Of a stretch of 64,000 nucleotides of DNA, positions 59,008 through 64,000 are shown piece by piece. Numbering within the stretch: the stretch's first letter is position 1; each line of letters starts with the position of its first letter. This DNA is from Chloroflexota bacterium (GTDB lineage Bacteria > Chloroflexota > Limnocylindria > Limnocylindrales > CSP1-4), in the NCBI GenBank assembly GCA_021789435.1, contig JAJYJO010000001.1:58674-122673 (forward strand), given 5' to 3'. A program made the position numbers and the translations under genes. A model generated the notes under the pieces. It made no database searches, was not told the DNA's origin, and saw only the letters and a program-made list of their open reading frames with translations.

Positions 59008-60411
59008 TTGCGGAACGCAGCGGTCGCTGTCCGGCGTGCGCTCGTGCGCCTGCGCAGCGACCCCCCCAACCCGTCGGTCCGACTCAGCAGCATTCGCCGA
59101 CGCGGCGCCACGGCGTCGGCCGGGCTGGGCACCCGGATCACGCGCCTCGCCACCCGCCTCTCCCTGGCCCCCCGGCACGATCCTGAGGCCGGGCCTCGGG
59201 CCCCCCGTTCCGGCGCCCACCGCGCCTCCCGGTTCGACCGCCTCGCCCTCTCGCTCCAGTCCCGGTTCGGCGCCGGCTTTCTGGCGCGCCTGTCTGGCGG
59301 GGCCGGTGCCCAGCGGATCCTGCCGGTCGGCCTCGCCCTCCTGGTCCTCGTGGCGGCCCTCTGGAGCGTCGCCCCCACGACCGGGCCCGGCGGCACCGGC
59401 GCCGTCAACGGCGCGGGCAACGCACCGCGGATCGCGGTCGGCGGCGATGCGGCGGCGATCGGCGTCGACACGCCGGCCGGGACCCAGGCCGGCACACCGG
59501 ACGGCGGCGTGCTCGCCCTGCGCACCATCAACGGGGGGAGCGACACCAGCGCCCAGGGTCCGTACCTGGCCGACGGGACGCTGCTGAAGCCGCTCGCCGT
59601 CGACACCACGGTGCCGGACGGGAGCGCCAAGGTCGTGACCTACATCGTCAAGTCGGGCGACACGCTGACGGGGATCGCCGACCAGTTCGGCATCGCGCTG
59701 CGGACGCTGTGGGCGGCGAACAAGCTCAGCTCCCTGACCGAGCTGCACATCGGCCAGAAGCTGACCGTGCCGCTGATCGACGGGCTCGTCTACGTCGTCA
59801 AGGACGGTGACACTCTCGCCTCGGTCGCCTCGGCCAACAAGGTGTCGGCGGATGCGATCGTGACGGCCAACGGCCTCACGGACACGACGCTCATCATCGG
59901 CCAGGTCCTGGTCCTGCCGGGCGTCCTGGGCGCGCCGCTGCCGACCCCGACGCCCACCCCGACGCCGCGGCCGGTCGTCCGCTCGGCGACCGGGACCACC
60001 CACGTGTCGCCGCCGGTCAGCTACGCCGGCGGCCGGTTCCTCTGGCCGGTCGTCGGCGGCGGCAACTACATCAGCCAGTACTTTTGGTGGGGGCATCCGG
60101 CGATCGACATCGCGGCGGCCTATGGCTCCACGGTCCGAGCGGCCGCGGCCGGCAAGGTGATCTGGGCCGGCTGGCGCGACAACGGCGGCGGCTACCAGGT
60201 CTACGTCGCCCACGGCTCCGGCCTCTACACGACCTACAACCACATGTCGGCCATCACGGTCGGCGTCGGCCAGTACGTCGCCGCGGGCCAGCAGGTGGGC
60301 CGGATCGGGATGACCGGCGACGCCACCGGTCCCCACCTCCACTTCGAGGTCTGGATCGGGACGCCCTGGATCTCGGGGAGCTACCGCGTCAACCCGATGG
60401 CCTACTTCTAG
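59008..60411 (+). CDS. Secreted peptidoglycan endopeptidase: two LysM domains + PT linker + M23 peptidase domain
   Basis: TTG with GAAGGAGA upstream; signal/TM ILPVGLALLVLVAALWSV; LysM (YIVKSGDTLTGIADQFGIALRTLWAAN; YVVKDGDTLASVAS); M23 HxxxD / HxH (GHPAIDI..., GPHLHFEV). Confidence 0.85.
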   Translation: MRNAAVAVRRALVRLRSDPPNPSVRLSSIRRRGATASAGLGTRITRLATRLSLAPRHDPEAGPRAPRSGAHRASRFDRLALSLQSRFGAGFLARLSGGAGAQRILPVGLALLVLVAALWSVAPTTGPGGTGAVNGAGNAPRIAVGGDAAAIGVDTPAGTQAGTPDGGVLALRTINGGSDTSAQGPYLADGTLLKPLAVDTTVPDGSAKVVTYIVKSGDTLTGIADQFGIALRTLWAANKLSSLTELHIGQKLTVPLIDGLVYVVKDGDTLASVASANKVSADAIVTANGLTDTTLIIGQVLVLPGVLGAPLPTPTPTPTPRPVVRSATGTTHVSPPVSYAGGRFLWPVVGGGNYISQYFWWGHPAIDIAAAYGSTVRAAAAGKVIWAGWRDNGGGYQVYVAHGSGLYTTYNHMSAITVGVGQYVAAGQQVGRIGMTGDATGPHLHFEVWIGTPWISGSYRVNPMAYF

Positions 60412-60601
60412 GCTCGACTCGCGCAACCGGCAACCGACGCCCGGCCCCGCGGCCGGGCGTCGGCGCATCTCGCCCGCGCCGCCCGGGGGTCGGCGGCGTC
60501 CTCCGGCGGCACGTCTGCCCCGCGCCGTCCTCCGGCGGTCCCGGCGGCGCGGTCCCGCCCGGTCCGGCTGGCGGCCGGCTCCGGCATGCGAGAATGGGTC
60601 C

Positions 60602-61897
60602 ATGTTCCTGGACCAGGTGAAGATCTGGGTCCGCGCCGGGGCCGGGGGGGATGGCGCGGCCACCTTCCGTCGGGAGGCCCACGTGCCGCGCGGCGGCCCG
60701 GACGGCGGGGACGGCGGCCGCGGCGGCTCGGTCATCCTGCGGGTGGACACGGGCCAGACGACCCTGCGCGACTTCCGCTACGCCCACCACTTCCGGGCCA
60801 CGCCCGGTGGACGGGGAACCGGCCAGAAGCGCCACGGCCGTGCCGGCGAGGACCTGGTCCTCCACGTCCCGCCGGGTACCGCTGTCTACGACGACGCCGC
60901 CGGCGAACTCCTGGCGGACCTGGTGTCCGCGGAGCAGATGGCCATGGTCGCCCGCGGCGGGCGGGGCGGGCTGGGAAACGTCCACTTCGCCACCGCAACC
61001 CACCAGGCGCCGCGCCACGCCCTCAAGGGCGAGCCGGGCGAGGAACGCTGGCTCAGGCTTGAGCTCCGCCTGATCGCCGACGTGGGCCTGGTCGGTCTCC
61101 CCAATGCCGGCAAGTCGACGCTCCTCGCTTCGCTGACGGCGGCCCGGCCGAAGATCGCCGACTACCCCTTCACGACGCTCGAGCCGAACCTGGGGGTGAT
61201 GGAGCTCGACGGCGCAGACGAGCGGCGACCGACGATCGCCGACGTCCCGGGCCTCATCGAGGGAGCCTCCTCGGGCGCCGGCCTGGGCCACGCTTTCCTC
61301 CGCCACGTCGAGCGGACGCGCGTCCTCGTCCACGTGGTGGACGGGGCGGCCCGGGACCCGGAACGGGACTACGCCGTGATCCGCGACGAGCTGGTGGCTC
61401 ATGACCCGGCGCTGCTGCGCAAGCCGATGGTCGTCGCCTTCAACAAGCTGGACCTGCCCGCCGCGACGGCGGCCTGGCCGGCCTTCCGCGCCGCCCGGCA
61501 GGAGGCGGGCGCGGCCGCCGTGGCGGTCTCGGCGGCCCGCGGCGACGGCCTCGCGGAACTGCGGCGGCTGCTGGCCGACGCGCTCCCCTCGGCGGCCGAG
61601 ATGGCGACTCCCCCGGAGCCGGCCGGGATCGTCGTCCACAGGCTGGCTTCGACGGACGAGACATTCTCGGTCGCCCGCGAGGGCGGGCAGCTCATCGTGC
61701 ACGGCCGGCGGATCGAGCGACTGGCGGCGCAGACCGACTTCGAGAACGAGGAATCGGCCGAGCGCTTCCAGCGCGACCTCGCTCGTCTGGGCGTGGAGGC
61801 CGAGCTGCGGCGGGCCGGCGTCGCCCCGGGGGAGACCGTGCGGATCGGCCGGGTCGAGCTGGAATGGGAGGCGGAGCCCTGGGAGAGCCGCCGATGA
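60602..61897 (+). CDS. obg: GTPase Obg/CgtA
   Basis: Obg fold N-terminus (FLDQVKIWVRAGAGGDGAATFRRE...GGPDGGDGGRGG), G domain (GLPNAGKST, DVPGLIEGA, NKLD), OCT C-terminal domain. Confidence 0.92.
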   Translation: MFLDQVKIWVRAGAGGDGAATFRREAHVPRGGPDGGDGGRGGSVILRVDTGQTTLRDFRYAHHFRATPGGRGTGQKRHGRAGEDLVLHVPPGTAVYDDAAGELLADLVSAEQMAMVARGGRGGLGNVHFATATHQAPRHALKGEPGEERWLRLELRLIADVGLVGLPNAGKSTLLASLTAARPKIADYPFTTLEPNLGVMELDGADERRPTIADVPGLIEGASSGAGLGHAFLRHVERTRVLVHVVDGAARDPERDYAVIRDELVAHDPALLRKPMVVAFNKLDLPAATAAWPAFRAARQEAGAAAVAVSAARGDGLAELRRLLADALPSAAEMATPPEPAGIVVHRLASTDETFSVAREGGQLIVHGRRIERLAAQTDFENEESAERFQRDLARLGVEAELRRAGVAPGETVRIGRVELEWEAEPWESRR

Positions 61898-62036
61898 GGG
61901 CCCTGGCCGGTGCCGGCCGGATGGGACGCCCGGGTTGAGCCAGCCCCCGGGGCCCGGTGAGCCCTCGATCACCGAGGCGCGGCGCGCCCGCGAGGCGGCT
62001 GCCGCCGGCCGCCTCAGCCACGATCGGCCGCATCCG

Positions 62037-62675
62037 GTGGTGGCGGGCTCGACCGGCCTGCTCGGGGGCACCTTCGACCCGATCCACTACGGCCACCTTG
62101 CCCTGGCGGAGGAGGCCCGTGAGGCGCTCGGGCTCGAGCGCATCCTCTTCGTGCCGGCCGGGCTGCCGCCGCACAAGGCCGACCAGCGGGTCACGGCGCC
62201 GGACCACCGCCGGGCCATGGTCGAGCTGGCCATCACCGACAATCCGGCCTTCGCGATCAGCACCTTCGAACTCGACCGCCCGGGTCCCTCGTATACCGTC
62301 GAGACGCTGGAGCATTTCGCCGCCGCGGCCGGGCCCGCCGGGCCGGTCCCCGCCCTCACCTTCATCCTCTCCGCCGAGGCCTTCGGGCAGCTCCTCACGT
62401 GGCGGCAGCCGCACCGGATCCTGGCCCTCGCCCGGCTGGCGGTCTCGCCCCGGCCGGGCTTCCGGACGCCGAGCCTCGGCTGGCTGGAGGAGCACTTCCC
62501 GGGCCAGGAGGACCGGGTCGTCTTCCTCGACGGGCCCCTGCTCGGTCACTCGGCCTCGGAGATCCGCCGGCGGGTCGCCCAGGGGCGCTCCATCCGCTAC
62601 CAGGTGCCGCCCGCAGTCGCCGCCTACATCGCCGATCATGAGCTCTACACCGACGAACTCTGGAGGAAGAACTGA
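62037..62675 (+). CDS. nadD: Nicotinate-nucleotide adenylyltransferase
   Basis: GLLGGTFDPIHYGHL (HxGH motif), ...FVPAGLPPHK.... Start uncertain (in-frame GTG at 62037 or 62040, TTG at 61935). Conserved obg-nadD-rsfS order. Confidence 0.8.
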   Translation: MVAGSTGLLGGTFDPIHYGHLALAEEAREALGLERILFVPAGLPPHKADQRVTAPDHRRAMVELAITDNPAFAISTFELDRPGPSYTVETLEHFAAAAGPAGPVPALTFILSAEAFGQLLTWRQPHRILALARLAVSPRPGFRTPSLGWLEEHFPGQEDRVVFLDGPLLGHSASEIRRRVAQGRSIRYQVPPAVAAYIADHELYTDELWRKN

Positions 62676-62677
62676 AG

Positions 62678-63184
62678 GTGACCCAGCCCGCCACACCCCC
62701 GGCCGAAGAGCGGCCCGACCGCCCGGCCTCCGCGGACGACGTGTCCCAGGTCGGTGGACCGACCGGTCCGCGGGGAGAAGGGCCCCGGCCCGACGGCCTG
62801 CCCCGGCGCGACGCGCCCGCCCCACCGGCCGCAGGGGAGCGCGATCCGCTCGACCTGGCGCGTCGCATCGTCGAGCTGGCCGAGGACAAGAAGGCCGCCG
62901 ACATCGTCCTGCTGGACGTCAGCGCCCAGACGACGCTGGCGGACTGCTTCGTGATCTGCTCGGGCGGCTCCGAGCGCCAGCTCGGAGCCATCGCCGACGG
63001 CATCGTGGAGGGACTTCGCGGCGAGGGCGTCCGGCCCATCGGGCGCGAGGGCGAGGCAGGCTCGCACTGGGTCCTGGTCGACTACGGGTCGGTGATCGTC
63101 CACGTCTTCGCGCCGCCCGAGCGCGACTTCTACCAGCTGGAGCGGCACTGGGCGTCGGCGCGGACGGTCCTGCGGGTGCAGTAG
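62678..63184 (+). CDS. rsfS: Ribosome silencing factor RsfS (Iojap) with an N-terminal extension of about 60 aa
   Basis: ...KKAADIVLLDVSAQTTLADCFVICSGGSERQL.AIAD.....GEAGSHWVLVDYGSVIVHVF matches the RsfS family. The GTG is preceded by GGAGGAAGA. Confidence 0.8.
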   Translation: MTQPATPPAEERPDRPASADDVSQVGGPTGPRGEGPRPDGLPRRDAPAPPAAGERDPLDLARRIVELAEDKKAADIVLLDVSAQTTLADCFVICSGGSERQLGAIADGIVEGLRGEGVRPIGREGEAGSHWVLVDYGSVIVHVFAPPERDFYQLERHWASARTVLRVQ

Positions 63185-63371
63185 CGGTCCCCCGTGGGTG
63201 GGCCCGCTGGCCCGCGTTTGCCGGGGGTACGGCCGGGCCCTGCCCGGCGGTACGGTCCGAGTACCGAGCCGGCCGGTACCTGCGGGTCATGTCCGAGCCG
63301 CGGCGGCGAACCTAGCATCGGCCCCGATGACGGCCGAGTGGCCGCCGGCCCGCTGGCGAGGTCCGATCCAG

Positions 63372-63626
63372 ATGTCCCCCGCGCGCGAGCGATGTCCCCG
63401 TTGCGGCCGGCGGCTCGTCAACACGCGCTTCGATACGACCTTCCGCCTGCCCGATCGAAGCGAGCGACTCTGCTTCGGCATCCCCGGCGGGCTCTGCGAG
63501 GACTGCCACCAGCTCTACCTCGACCCCGAGCTGATCGACCTGCTCGACCTGGGCCAGGGTCGCTGCGTCTTCGCCATCGAGAGCGACCTGGTCGTCCAGG
63601 AGGAGGCCTGGTCCAGCGCCGATTGA
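63372..63626 (+). CDS. Small zinc-ribbon protein (CPRCG...CEDCH)
   Basis: MSPARERCPRCGRRLVNTRFDTTFRLPDRSERLCFGIPGGLCEDCHQLY.... The start was chosen at the internal ATG with GAGGT upstream; the maximal ORF starts at 63198. Confidence 0.4.
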   Translation: MSPARERCPRCGRRLVNTRFDTTFRLPDRSERLCFGIPGGLCEDCHQLYLDPELIDLLDLGQGRCVFAIESDLVVQEEAWSSAD

Positions 63627-63749
63627 TGGCGACGGCGGGTGACCCGCGGGCCGGCCTGGGGCACCGCCCGAAGCGGCGCCGGCCATTGGCGCCGAGCCGG
63701 GGCGGCCGTCGCGGCGGCCTTCGCGTCGTGGCGGCGGACGGCGGGCGGC

Positions 63750-64000
63750 TCACCGCCGCCGGCGGGCGACGGGGGCGACCCGCTCCGCGAGCCAGAGATC
63801 GAGGGCCAGCCGCTCGCGCGTCTCACCCGATCCGGCGCCCCCCGTCCCCTCGGCGCGCTTGATCGTGGCGTCGACCTCCAGGAGCCCTTCCAAGGCCGCT
63901 TCCAGCTCCGCGAGCGTCCAGCCGCGGGCCTGCTCCGCGAGCTTCTCCGCCCGGTACGGCTTCAGCTTGAGCGTCCGGACTAGCGAGGCGGGCGTGGCCC
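63750..64000 (-). CDS. holA: DNA polymerase III delta subunit, C-terminal end only (the gene continues beyond the window)
   Basis: Reverse translation reads ...LVRTLKLKPYRAEKLAEQARGWTLAELEAALEGLLEVDATIKRAEGTGG...ERLALDLWLAERV*, matching the HolA C-terminal domain. Stop at about 63750. Confidence 0.55.
   Translation of the reverse strand, partial: ATPASLVRTLKLKPYRAEKLAEQARGWTLAELEAALEGLLEVDATIKRAEGTGGAGSGETRERLALDLWLAERVAPVARRRR

Noticed and set aside
59940-59975. PT-repeat DNA in the M23 peptidase gene as a separate repeat element
   Set aside because: Short (PTPTPTPTP linker) and in frame within a well-supported gene. Not an independent feature.

Overview
This is a 64-kb stretch of a very high-GC (about 72-73% by eye) bacterial chromosome, most likely from the Actinomycetota. 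The evidence is a contiguous pentose-phosphate gene set (tkt, rpiB, pgi, zwf, opcA, pgl), a Rho with an Arg-rich N-terminal insertion, F420-type enzymes, and abundant GTG/TTG starts with ATGA/GTGA stop-start coupling. Coding density is high and mostly core metabolism and housekeeping. Recognisable genes include pyrG, transaldolase, rho, obg, nadD, rsfS, the 3' end of holA, an sbcD/sbcC-like pair (YhaO/YhaN type, with transmembrane helices), pseudouridine kinase and glycosidase, and a tryptophanase-family lyase. There is also a polyamine-type neighbourhood (CN-hydrolase, HDAC-like amidohydrolase, APC permease) and several transporters. The most unusual locus sits immediately downstream of a GAF sensor kinase and NarL-type response regulator (25300-27383). 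It is an operon (27683-30997) encoding a 2x[4Fe-4S]-ferredoxin::GltD-like NAD(P)H/FAD oxidoreductase. The oxidoreductase stop overlaps the start of two tandem paralogous 5-TM membrane proteins that I cannot assign to any family. This may be an uncharacterised membrane-anchored redox module. Further items of interest:
- a cyclic-2,3-diphosphoglycerate-synthetase-like P-loop protein in a bacterium, flanked by F420-type enzymes and an unlisted 56-aa acidic ORF;
- a Ser/Thr kinase with a PT-repeat linker, coupled to a methyltransferase and a 57-aa Cys-containing ORF;
- a GGDEF protein with a degenerate active site but an intact RxxD I-site;
- two apparently frameshifted genes;
- four genes whose conserved N-termini lie upstream of the first ATG/GTG/TTG;
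- several short tandem repeats, including a triplicated pgi 3' terminus and a repeat shared by two convergent, overlapping ORFs.
I found no tRNA, rRNA, CRISPR array or obvious mobile element. Many long ORFs on the track are Arg/Gly/Pro-rich antisense frames, and I disregarded them. My hand-read coordinates may be off by 1 nt in places. Gene coordinates are anchored to the supplied ORF frames by codon arithmetic.
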